Source: an uncultured Alphaproteobacteria bacterium (GTDB lineage Bacteria; Pseudomonadota; Alphaproteobacteria; MPNO01; UBA2964). From it: a stretch of 64,000 bases of DNA. The notes beneath the pieces were generated by a model. The model saw only the letters and a program-made list of their open reading frames with translations, had not been told where the DNA came from and made no database searches. This document shows, in pieces, positions 18,075 through 26,776 of this stretch (position 1 is its first letter; each line of letters begins with the position of its first letter). The DNA is taken from positions 320,335-384,334 of the forward strand of contig OX638326.1 of assembly GCA_951812775.1 (NCBI GenBank), given 5' to 3'. The translations under genes and the position numbers were made by a program.

Positions 18075-18869
18075 ATGCTGGTAGACAGCCACTGCCACCT
18101 GGATTTCGACAGCTTCGACGAAGATCGTGCTGAAACGATACAGCGGGCATTTGATGCCGGGGTTGGTATGCTCGTTACCATCTGTACACATTTCAGTAAA
18201 TTTGAAGAAATACTCGAGGTCGCAAAACTAGATACGAGAATTTATTGCTCTGTGGGTATTCATCCGCATCAGGTTGAGGAAGAACCAACTATCGCGCTCG
18301 AGAACCTGTTGGAAAGCGCAAAGCATCCCAAAGTAATCGGGATAGGGGAGACCGGACTGGACTATTATTACGATAAAAGTCCACGCGAAGACCAGAAATC
18401 CAGCTTTCGAACACACATCACTGCAGCCCGCGAAACGCAGCTACCCTTGATCGTACATACCAGAGATGCCGACGACGATATGGCTGCCATTCTTCGAGAG
18501 GAAATGCAGATCGGGTCCTTTCCATGCGTTTTACATTGTTTTTCCAGTGGCCGTGCTCTTGCTGAAACTGCGATTGATCTCGGGTTTTATCTGTCTTTGT
18601 CCGGTATTTTGACGTTCAAGAACGCTGGAGAGCTCCGCGGGATCATCCGTGATATGCCTGTCGATCGGTTGCTTGTTGAAACAGATTCACCTTATTTAGC
18701 ACCGGTTCCAAATCGAGGAAAAAGAAATGAGCCTTCCTTCGTGGTGCACACCGCGGAAAAGGCTTCTGAAATCAAAGGGTTGGCCCCTAAAACTTTTTCC
18801 GATACCACAACAGAAAACTTTTTCCGACTGTTTACAAAAGCACAATCAGAACAAGGCGCTCCGCAATGA
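18075..18869 (+). CDS. tatD: TatD family deoxyribonuclease/hydrolase
   Basis: MLVDSHCHLDF N-terminus. Conserved position after metG. Confidence 0.85.
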   Translation: MLVDSHCHLDFDSFDEDRAETIQRAFDAGVGMLVTICTHFSKFEEILEVAKLDTRIYCSVGIHPHQVEEEPTIALENLLESAKHPKVIGIGETGLDYYYDKSPREDQKSSFRTHITAARETQLPLIVHTRDADDDMAAILREEMQIGSFPCVLHCFSSGRALAETAIDLGFYLSLSGILTFKNAGELRGIIRDMPVDRLLVETDSPYLAPVPNRGKRNEPSFVVHTAEKASEIKGLAPKTFSDTTTENFFRLFTKAQSEQGAPQ

Positions 18870-19553
18870 GGGTCACAGTCCTTGGGTGCGGCCCATCAAG
18901 CGCGGCGTACCAACCATCACCGGTGACTGGGGCTCCTGCGACCCTAAAAATCCTAAAAATCGTCGTCGGCGGCCGTCAATATTGATGCGGTCCTTTATAC
19001 CCATGAACATGCAGATCATGTGATGGGAATCGATGATTTAAGAGGTATTCAGCGGCATATGGACCGAAAGATTGATGTCTACGCGGAAAAACCTGTACTC
19101 GAAAGTTTAAAACTCAGGTTCGGTTATCTTTTCGAAGGCATCCAGGATTCTGAAGATTTGTACCGACCAATCCTCATACCGCATGAAATTCCTGCTGAAC
19201 GATTTAGCGTTGGACCATTTCTTTTCGAGGCAATCCAACAGGATCACGGCATATGCACGTCCTTGGGCTTTCGTATGGACGAATTTGCCTATTCTACGGA
19301 TGTCGTCCGGTTGTCCGAAGAGGCGTTCGCGTCACTTGACGGCATTAAGACATGGATTGTTGATAGTTTACGTGATGGCGGTGAACACCCGACACATGCA
19401 AATCTAGAAACAACGCTGACCTGGATTAGCAGGGTCGGGGCATCAAAAGCATATTTGACTCATATGAACTTTCAAACCGACTATGAAACGCTGCGTAATC
19501 GGCTTCCACATGGAGTAGAGCCTGCATATGACGGCTTGGTTTTAGAGTTATAG
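18866..19553 (+). pseudogene. MBL-fold metallo-hydrolase (the conserved gene downstream of tatD) with two frameshifts and an internal deletion of about 90 bp
   Basis: MRVTVLGCGPSS is in frame 2 (18866-18901), GVPTITGDWGSCDPKNPKNRRRR in frame 1 (18904-18972), and NIDAVLYTHEHADHVMGIDDLRG onward in frame 0. Typical members have about 30 more residues between the RRRR block and the HxHxDH motif. The longest intact ORF (19020-19553) lacks the metal-binding motif. Confidence 0.55.
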
Positions 19554-19664
19554 CTAAGACATTGATCTTAAATGGATATAATAATTATTCATAATATATA
19601 TTATGCGACAATTGTTAGTATGACCTGGTATATCCCTCTCCAATAAATGATCATCTGAACTCCC

Positions 19665-20462
19665 ATGCAAAAACCCAGATCAATCGACCGGCTACTCAAA
19701 ATTATGGAGGATTTAAGAAATCCGGAAACTGGATGCCCATGGGACAAGGAACAAACTTTTGAAACTATTGCGCCCTATACAATCGAGGAAGCCTACGAAG
19801 TCGCCGACGCTATAAAAAACAACGATCAACAATCCCTGAAGGACGAGTTAGGTGATTTACTCTTTCAGCTCGTTTTTTACGCCCAGATGTCAAAAGAAGA
19901 TGGTGGTTATGATTTCGATGATATCGCCGACACGATCTCCGATAAAATGGTTCGAAGACATCCCCATTTATTCGGAACACCTGAACCCCGTACGGCGGAA
20001 GCCCAAACTGTCGCCTGGGAAGAACAAAAAGCTCTGGAACGCGCCGAAAACACAAATGAAAAGGGTGCTCTAGACGGTGTCGCACGTGCCTTACCCGCCC
20101 TACTTCGTGCGCAAAAACTTCAAAAACGTGCTGCTCGCGTGGGATTTGACTGGAAATCATTAGATCCCGTTATTGAAAAAATTCAGGAAGAGATAGAAGA
20201 AGTCACTGACGCACTAAAAAACCCCGATAATGCGGCACATGTGAGCGAAGAAATTGGCGATTTGTTGTTTGCCTGTGTGAACTTAGCCAGACATGCAGGA
20301 GTCGATGCCGAACAGGCGCTTATGTCAGGCAACGACAAGTTTCAACGCCGATTCCAATCCATCGAGGACCGTGTTCAAAAATCCGGAAAAACCGTTGAAG
20401 AATGCTCGTTGGTTGAATTAGAGGAGTATTGGAATGCGGCGAAATCCGAAGAACGCAATTAG
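19665..20462 (+). CDS. mazG: nucleoside triphosphate pyrophosphohydrolase MazG
   Basis: Two MazG EExxE-type repeats. N-terminus ...LLKIMEDLRNPETGCPWDKEQTFETIAPYTIEEAYEV. Confidence 0.85.
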   Translation: MQKPRSIDRLLKIMEDLRNPETGCPWDKEQTFETIAPYTIEEAYEVADAIKNNDQQSLKDELGDLLFQLVFYAQMSKEDGGYDFDDIADTISDKMVRRHPHLFGTPEPRTAEAQTVAWEEQKALERAENTNEKGALDGVARALPALLRAQKLQKRAARVGFDWKSLDPVIEKIQEEIEEVTDALKNPDNAAHVSEEIGDLLFACVNLARHAGVDAEQALMSGNDKFQRRFQSIEDRVQKSGKTVEECSLVELEEYWNAAKSEERN

Positions 20463-21337
20463 GCGAGTCCTAAACGCATCATAAGGCTCGATGTATCCGC
20501 CCTATTGCCGCCCATTTCCTGCACTTCTTTATAAAATTGGTCGACGATCGCTGTAACAGGTAGATTAGCGCCGTTTCTATTTGCCTCATTGAGACAAATC
20601 CCCAGATCTTTTCTCATCCAATCAACGGCGAACCCAAAATCAAACTCATTCCGCAGCATCGTTTTTCCGCGGTTTTCCATCTGCCAGGATTGCGCCGCTC
20701 CTTTTGAGATGACATCAACGACCTGATCGCCATTTAGTCCGGCCTTTTGTGCAAAATTTAGCCCCTCTGCGAGAGCCTGAACCAGACCAGCAATGCATAT
20801 TTGATTGACCATTTTAGTGAGTTGGCCAGCGCCAGCGTCTCCCATAAGGGTAACGGCCTGAGCGTAACTCTTCATCGGCAATTTTGCCCGGTCAAAAGCG
20901 CTGCTATCTCCACCCACCATAACCGTAAGAGCCCCCTGCTCCGCTCCAGCTTGTCCACCCGACACAGGTGCGTCGAGAAAATGGAGGCCCACGTTTTTTG
21001 CCTGGTCATGCAGCTCACGCGCAACCATTGCGGAAGTTGTCGTATGATCCACCATAGCCGCCCCCGACTTCATGCCAGCAAGGATCCCGTCGTCTCCATA
21101 CGTCACTTCCCGTAGATCGTCGTCGTTTCCGACACAGCTAAATATGAAATCGGCATTCTCTGCGGCGGCTCTGGGAGAATCCGCTCTATGCCCCTCAAAT
21201 TCTTCACACCATTTTTCTGATTTCGCTTTGGTACGATTATAGACAGTGACGTTATAACCATTCGAAGCCAAATGACCGGCCATGGGGTAACCCATTACGC
21301 CCAAGCCAACAAAAGCAGCGTTTTTTCTTTCAGACAT
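20459..21337 (-). CDS. NAD(P)-dependent oxidoreductase, 3-hydroxyisobutyrate dehydrogenase family
   Basis: Rossmann N-terminus AFVGLGVMGYPMAGHL and family C-terminal region. Confidence 0.7.
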   Translation of the reverse strand: MSERKNAAFVGLGVMGYPMAGHLASNGYNVTVYNRTKAKSEKWCEEFEGHRADSPRAAAENADFIFSCVGNDDDLREVTYGDDGILAGMKSGAAMVDHTTTSAMVARELHDQAKNVGLHFLDAPVSGGQAGAEQGALTVMVGGDSSAFDRAKLPMKSYAQAVTLMGDAGAGQLTKMVNQICIAGLVQALAEGLNFAQKAGLNGDQVVDVISKGAAQSWQMENRGKTMLRNEFDFGFAVDWMRKDLGICLNEANRNGANLPVTAIVDQFYKEVQEMGGNRADTSSLMMRLGLA

Positions 21338-21345
21338 TCTGTTCC

Positions 21346-22146
21346 CTAGTTAGGTAGCGTTGCAAAGACTGGATCAATGGCTTCTGCAACTATATTCCAA
21401 GAGTTTTGATCTCGAGCCGAAAGTAACCCTTTCGAAGGCATATCTCCGGGTTGATATCGGGTTCCGTCGAGGCAGGCAACAAATCCTCCAGCTTCACGAA
21501 CGATAAGATCTCCAGCGGCATGATCCCAAGGTTTCAGACGCCGAAAATGCGCGAAATCGAGTTTTCCTCTTGCCATGTCCAAGTACTCCATTCCACAGCA
21601 ACTGGCGTTGCTAAGATCAGCAAAACGCTCCTGCATTCCGGCAAACTCCCTAAATCTCCGCCCAAGTGACCCACGCATCTCGCTTTCGTTCGGACCACCA
21701 GATATCTGAAGACGCACATCACCAAGCCAAGCCCCCTCTCCTTCTTCTGCATTGATCATAAGCCCGTGGATAGGGGCGTAGATCCACCCCGCCCGGATGT
21801 TTTTTGAAACCGACAATGCGACGATTACGGCAAAATCTTCACTGCCCTTTGCGAAATTATTTGTGCCGTCCAGCGGATCAATAATCCAGACAGGAGCGTC
21901 TTGCTCCAGGCACAGATAAGGTTGTTCCTGACTTGCCGCACTCTCTTCACCAAGGACCAGGGAACCAGGCAATAGTTCAACAAGGACCCGAGATAAGAAC
22001 TTCTCGCTTTCAATATCGGCGACTGTTACCAGCCCCCCTATTTTCTTGTGCCATTTCTCATCTTTTTCCAAGGCCCGAAATCGCGGCAAAATTTTAGCGT
22101 CAGCAACCTCCTGCAGAAATTCGAAAACACGCGTGACGTCAACCAA
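21346..22146 (-). CDS. inositol monophosphatase family protein (possible 3'(2'),5'-bisphosphate nucleotidase)
   Basis: WIIDPLDGTNNFAKG motif. Confidence 0.7.
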   Translation of the reverse strand: MVDVTRVFEFLQEVADAKILPRFRALEKDEKWHKKIGGLVTVADIESEKFLSRVLVELLPGSLVLGEESAASQEQPYLCLEQDAPVWIIDPLDGTNNFAKGSEDFAVIVALSVSKNIRAGWIYAPIHGLMINAEEGEGAWLGDVRLQISGGPNESEMRGSLGRRFREFAGMQERFADLSNASCCGMEYLDMARGKLDFAHFRRLKPWDHAAGDLIVREAGGFVACLDGTRYQPGDMPSKGLLSARDQNSWNIVAEAIDPVFATLPN

Positions 22147-22151
22147 TACAT

Positions 22152-23456
22152 TTACACCGATTTGGTAGTAATTGCCGAAAAACGGTGTTCGAACCGTGCG
22201 ATATCAATTGCGTCCAACCCTACTCTAAAATGGGTTTGGTTCTCTTCATCCCGCCTGTCCAACACCTCTCCCCGATCATAAAGCCAGGCCATTGCTTCCC
22301 CATCTGAAAACGCCAAAGAAACCTCGACAACAGATCGGTCAGCATTCAATCGAAGGTCAATCAGCTCAAGAAGCGCGTCGCACCCTAGCCCACTTGCTGC
22401 TGACAAAGGAATTTCGTTTTCATTTCGTCCCGAACGAACCTGTTCCGTCGTCCTATCATCCTCACCCAAAAGGTCAATTTTGTTCCGTACTTCGACCATT
22501 TTTTCCAGACGGTTTTGCGCGACTCCCAATTCTTCCAAAACATCTAGCACATCTGATTTTTGGGCATCGGAATCAGGGTGTGAAACATCACGAACATGAA
22601 GGATCAAGTCTGCCTCAAGTACTTCTTCGAGGGTCGCCCTGAACGCTGCAATTAATGACGTTGGGAGCGACGACACAAATCCAACTGTGTCTGAAATAAT
22701 AATTTTTCTTCCCGATGGTAATGTTACATCGCGCATCGTCGGATCAAGCGTCGCGAAGAGCTGATCAGCGGCCATCACACCGGCGCCCGTCACACGATTG
22801 AACAAGGTCGATTTTCCAGCGTTTGTATAGCCGACGAGTGCAACAACCGGATACGGCACCCGTTTACGGGCCTGACGATGCAGTCCACGTGTCCGTGTCA
22901 CGCGAGATAACCCCCTTTTAATCCGGGTTATGCGGTCATCAATTTGCCGTCTATCGGCTTCAATCTGGGTTTCGCCAGGTCCTCCCAAAAACCCAAAACC
23001 GCCACGTTGACGTTCCAAATGAGTCCAACTGCGAACCAGCCGGCTTCGCTGGTAAGACAAATGCGCTAGTTCGACTTGTAACCGCCCTTCGCGTGTTCGA
23101 GCCCTGGCCCCAAATATTTCAAGAATGAGCCCGGTTCTATCCACCACTTTGCATGACCATGCGGTTTCAAGGTTACGCTGCTGAATGGGGGTTAACGCCG
23201 AATCCACGACGACAATACCGACATGGTCGGCTTCGATTACCGATTTGTAGCTATCAACAGCGCCCTGCCCCAACAAGGTTCCGGGACGCGGCTTGTTCAA
23301 AGTGACTACGTCTGCATGACGGACATCCAGGTCAATCGCGCGCGTTAACCCCACTGCTTCATCCAGGCAGGCGTCAGCATCGCGACTTATACCGTTTAGT
23401 GATCTCCGGTTTGGGTAGAGAACAATCGCCCGTTCGGTCTCTTGCAGATTCCCCAC
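22152..23456 (-). CDS. hflX: GTPase HflX
   Basis: G1 motif GYTNAGKST. HflX N-domain. Adjacent to hfq. Confidence 0.9.
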   Translation of the reverse strand: MGNLQETERAIVLYPNRRSLNGISRDADACLDEAVGLTRAIDLDVRHADVVTLNKPRPGTLLGQGAVDSYKSVIEADHVGIVVVDSALTPIQQRNLETAWSCKVVDRTGLILEIFGARARTREGRLQVELAHLSYQRSRLVRSWTHLERQRGGFGFLGGPGETQIEADRRQIDDRITRIKRGLSRVTRTRGLHRQARKRVPYPVVALVGYTNAGKSTLFNRVTGAGVMAADQLFATLDPTMRDVTLPSGRKIIISDTVGFVSSLPTSLIAAFRATLEEVLEADLILHVRDVSHPDSDAQKSDVLDVLEELGVAQNRLEKMVEVRNKIDLLGEDDRTTEQVRSGRNENEIPLSAASGLGCDALLELIDLRLNADRSVVEVSLAFSDGEAMAWLYDRGEVLDRRDEENQTHFRVGLDAIDIARFEHRFSAITTKSV

Positions 23457-23469
23457 TCTTTACGCTGGA

Positions 23470-23739
23470 TCAATCATTCTCGTCGAGGGGACCACCAACC
23501 TCTGCATCTTCGTCATCCCATAGCTGCACAGGGGATACCGGCATTACTGTCGATATGGCGTGCTTATAGACCAGCTGAGAATGACCATCACGCCGCAAAA
23601 GAACGCAAAGGTTATCAAACCAGGTAATTATACCCTGAAGCTTCACACCATTTACGAGAAATACTGTTACCGGAGACTTGTTTTTTCGGACATTGTTCAG
23701 GAATACGTCCTGCAAATTTTCTTTTTTATCAGTCATCAT
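23470..23739 (-). CDS. hfq: RNA chaperone Hfq (start set at MMTDKK; the ORF track extends it to 23781)
   Basis: Sm motifs [30 protein letters not shown] and YKHAISTV. Confidence 0.85.
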   Translation of the reverse strand: MMTDKKENLQDVFLNNVRKNKSPVTVFLVNGVKLQGIITWFDNLCVLLRRDGHSQLVYKHAISTVMPVSPVQLWDDEDAEVGGPLDEND

Positions 23740-23849
23740 TCTTTTCTTTCGCTCTTGGCTCCTATAGGAGCACGACGACAATTTTATACGATGCTGCTCT
23801 GGAGTGTTACCAACCGCACCTCAAAACACCACCTATAGAATATGGATGA

Positions 23850-24503
23850 CTATAGCTTCGGGGCAAGGGTCGTAAGCATATCGCAGCTGGAAAAATGCAA
23901 TTCAGGCATAAATTCTCCAAATTCCTGCGGTTTTGGCGGTAAATTTCGCATCAAAATGGGCAAACACCCTGAATTATAAGCACATTCCATATCAATTTTG
24001 GTGTCGCCAACAAACCAGACGTCAGAACCCGGTTCAATTTCACTCCCCTGAAGGGCCATTATTACCGGTTCTATTGCAGGTTTGTCATTTTTTGCATCCA
24101 TCGCGCCCACGATCCGGCCAAAATAACCGCACCAACCCAAATGATCCGCTTCACGGCGCAAATTTTCGCCAGATTTATTGCTGACGACCCCCAAATAAAT
24201 GTCCTTATCATGAAGGGATTGCAATAAATTCTCTGCCCCGTCCAAGACCTCTAGCCGTTCCAGATGAATTTTTCTGAACCGTTCATAAAAAATATCACGG
24301 GCCTTCTCCCACCTGTCGCCAAACAGATCCGGAAACGCCTCACGTAAAGACCGTCTCACCCGCTCTTTCGTTTCGTCGATTGACCAAAGTGGAAACCCCA
24401 TATGTTCCAAGGTCGTATTCATGGAATCGTGTATAACGGGCCACGTATCAACCAACGTATTGTCCCAATCAAAAATTACCGCTGCAGGACGTTGTAGTCT
24501 CAT
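23850..24503 (-). CDS. HAD-superfamily hydrolase (phosphatase)
   Basis: HAD motif I VIFDWDNTLVD. Motif IV region GDTKIDMECAYNSG. Confidence 0.65.
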   Translation of the reverse strand: MRLQRPAAVIFDWDNTLVDTWPVIHDSMNTTLEHMGFPLWSIDETKERVRRSLREAFPDLFGDRWEKARDIFYERFRKIHLERLEVLDGAENLLQSLHDKDIYLGVVSNKSGENLRREADHLGWCGYFGRIVGAMDAKNDKPAIEPVIMALQGSEIEPGSDVWFVGDTKIDMECAYNSGCLPILMRNLPPKPQEFGEFMPELHFSSCDMLTTLAPKL

Positions 24504-25363
24504 AGCTTTTCGCTCTTGGCGAAGTGCTCTTGATACAAAGCCAAAAGATTTTTCGTTACATCACCGGGTTTACCCGAGCCGATTTTCTTTCCATCTATAT
24601 TTATGACAGGCATGACAAATGAAGTCGTGCTGGTGATAAAGGCTTCTTCGGCATTCAGCGCTTCATCTACGGTAAAAATTCGTTCGGTGACGCGTAGATT
24701 CCCCTCTTGCGCCAGCTCCATCAATTTCATTCGTGTAATCCCGGCCAGAATGTCATGCCCAAGAGGTCGGGTAATAATTTCCTGTCCCTCAACAACTATC
24801 CAGGCATTAGTAGAGGAGCCCTCCGTAATACCCTGTTCACTATCCACAAACCATGTTTCAAATGCACCATTTAGAACAGCAAACTGTTTAGCCAAAACAT
24901 TGGGTAAAAGAGATACTGATTTTATATCTGGTCGCCGCCACCTGTTCTTCGGCATCGTCACAACCTTTACACCTTCAGAAAAAGCTTTTGCCGAAGGCCC
25001 CGCAGTACGGCTGGTTGTAACCACCAAAGAAGGGCGTGTTTTTGCTATCGGAAATGCATGATTTCTACTGGCAACGCCACGGGTGATTTGAAGATAAACA
25101 ATTCCATTTTCCAACCGATTTCGTTTGACCAATTGCGCCAGAATTATCTTTAGAACCCGGGCGCTGCAAGGCCATTCGATTTCAAGATTCGAAAGAGAGC
25201 TTTCCAGCCTTGTCAAATGAGGTTCCAGATCGACCAAACGTGAACCGGCGACAGCGATGACTTCGTAGACACCATCGGCGAATTGGTATCCACGATCCTC
25301 CACATTCACCGTAGCATCACGAGTGGGCACATAGCGCCCATTTACATACGCAACTTCAGACAT
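24500..25363 (-). CDS. class IV aminotransferase (D-amino-acid / branched-chain type)
   Basis: N-terminus VNGRYVPTRDATVNVEDRGYQFADGVYE. Fold-type IV pattern. Confidence 0.7.
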   Translation of the reverse strand: MSEVAYVNGRYVPTRDATVNVEDRGYQFADGVYEVIAVAGSRLVDLEPHLTRLESSLSNLEIEWPCSARVLKIILAQLVKRNRLENGIVYLQITRGVASRNHAFPIAKTRPSLVVTTSRTAGPSAKAFSEGVKVVTMPKNRWRRPDIKSVSLLPNVLAKQFAVLNGAFETWFVDSEQGITEGSSTNAWIVVEGQEIITRPLGHDILAGITRMKLMELAQEGNLRVTERIFTVDEALNAEEAFITSTTSFVMPVINIDGKKIGSGKPGDVTKNLLALYQEHFAKSEKL

Positions 25364-25371
25364 TTGATTTT

Positions 25372-26748
25372 CTAAAAGAACTCAAGACGAACGGCGAAGA
25401 GGCTTTCAATGGCCTTAATTGCCTCCGCTTTGGCAAATAACACCACACGGTCATTCACTTGCAGGACCGTGTTTGCTCTCGGAATGATGACTTCATCGCC
25501 ACGAACAATGCCACCCAATAAAACGCCGTCTGGAAGTTCAGCATCTCTAATGGATTTCCCTGTTAGACCGGAGGTTTCTAAAATTTCAGCTTCAATAAGC
25601 TCACCGAATCCATCTATCAGAGAATGAACCGCTTTAATTCGGCCGCGCCTGACATGCTGAAGGATCGTCGACACCGTAATTGCGCGGGGACTTACAACAA
25701 CATCCACCCCAAGTGACGTCACCAATGGCGAATAAGTGGTATTATTAACGAGCGTAATTGCCCGTTCCGTACCAAATCGCTTAGCTAACAATGATGCCAA
25801 TATGTTCGTTTCGTCATCATTTGTAACAGCAATAATTGCTTCGCTTTCGTCTACGCCAGCCTCATCGAGAATTTCGGGGTCAATAACATCGCCATTTATG
25901 ACCACCGTTCCTTCTAACAAATCCGCAACTTGATGAGATCGATCACTGTTTGCTTCAATTATCCTCGCAGAAACGCCATTGTGCTCATTTTCAATGATTT
26001 CCCCAAGAAACGCACCAATATGACCACCGCCAGCAATGATGACACGTCGTGCGATACGTTCTTCATGTCCAAAAACCGTCATCGCTCGCGAGACATGTGA
26101 TGAGTCAGCGACGAAGTATACTTCGTCACCCTCCAACAATTGATCATCTGCAGCGGGTACAATTCCTTCTCCGTCTCGGGAAATTGCGACAACAACGATG
26201 TTCAGATCCGGAAAAAGACCCGCGAGCTGACGTAAAGGCGTATTAATAACAGGGCAGTCGGCGTTACAACGCACGCCCATCATCCTGACCAAACCGTCGA
26301 CCAAAGAAATTGATTCGAAGGCGCCGGGAATTTGAAGTCGTCTAGAGATCGCCCGTGCGACTTCCATTTCCGGAGAAATGATTACGTCGATCGGCATGTG
26401 ATCTCTACTGAACAAATCTGCCCAAATTGGGTTTCGATAACTTTGATCTCTTACGCGCGCTATTTTCATCGGAACATTAAATAGAGAATGGGCAACCTGG
26501 CACGCGACCATGTTCACTTCATCGGCGTAAGTGACAGCGATTATCATATCAGCGTCCGCTGCGCCGGCGCACTCTAGGACATCCGGATGAGAACCAAAAC
26601 CAACAAATGCCTGTACGTCCAAAGCGTCGCCAACCCGGCGCACCAATTCCGGCGATTGATCTATAACAACCACGTCGTTTTGTTCTGCTGACAATTGTCG
26701 GGCAATGTGAAAACCCACTTGCCCGGCGCCGCTTACAATTATTTTCAT
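25372..26748 (-). CDS. trkA: Trk potassium uptake system NAD-binding protein TrkA
   Basis: Two Rossmann GxGxxG repeats (IIVSGAGQVG; IIAGGGHIG). 458 aa. ntrX-trkA-hfq synteny. Confidence 0.85.
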   Translation of the reverse strand: MKIIVSGAGQVGFHIARQLSAEQNDVVVIDQSPELVRRVGDALDVQAFVGFGSHPDVLECAGAADADMIIAVTYADEVNMVACQVAHSLFNVPMKIARVRDQSYRNPIWADLFSRDHMPIDVIISPEMEVARAISRRLQIPGAFESISLVDGLVRMMGVRCNADCPVINTPLRQLAGLFPDLNIVVVAISRDGEGIVPAADDQLLEGDEVYFVADSSHVSRAMTVFGHEERIARRVIIAGGGHIGAFLGEIIENEHNGVSARIIEANSDRSHQVADLLEGTVVINGDVIDPEILDEAGVDESEAIIAVTNDDETNILASLLAKRFGTERAITLVNNTTYSPLVTSLGVDVVVSPRAITVSTILQHVRRGRIKAVHSLIDGFGELIEAEILETSGLTGKSIRDAELPDGVLLGGIVRGDEVIIPRANTVLQVNDRVVLFAKAEAIKAIESLFAVRLEFF

Positions 26749-26776
26749 TGAACTGTCGTTTCCTACGAGAGGTTTG

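Noticed and set aside
22180-22210. T-arm-like hairpin ACGGT-GTTCGAA-ACCGT suggesting a tRNA
   Set aside because: No matching acceptor, D or anticodon arms can be built. It lies inside the hflX C-terminal coding region.
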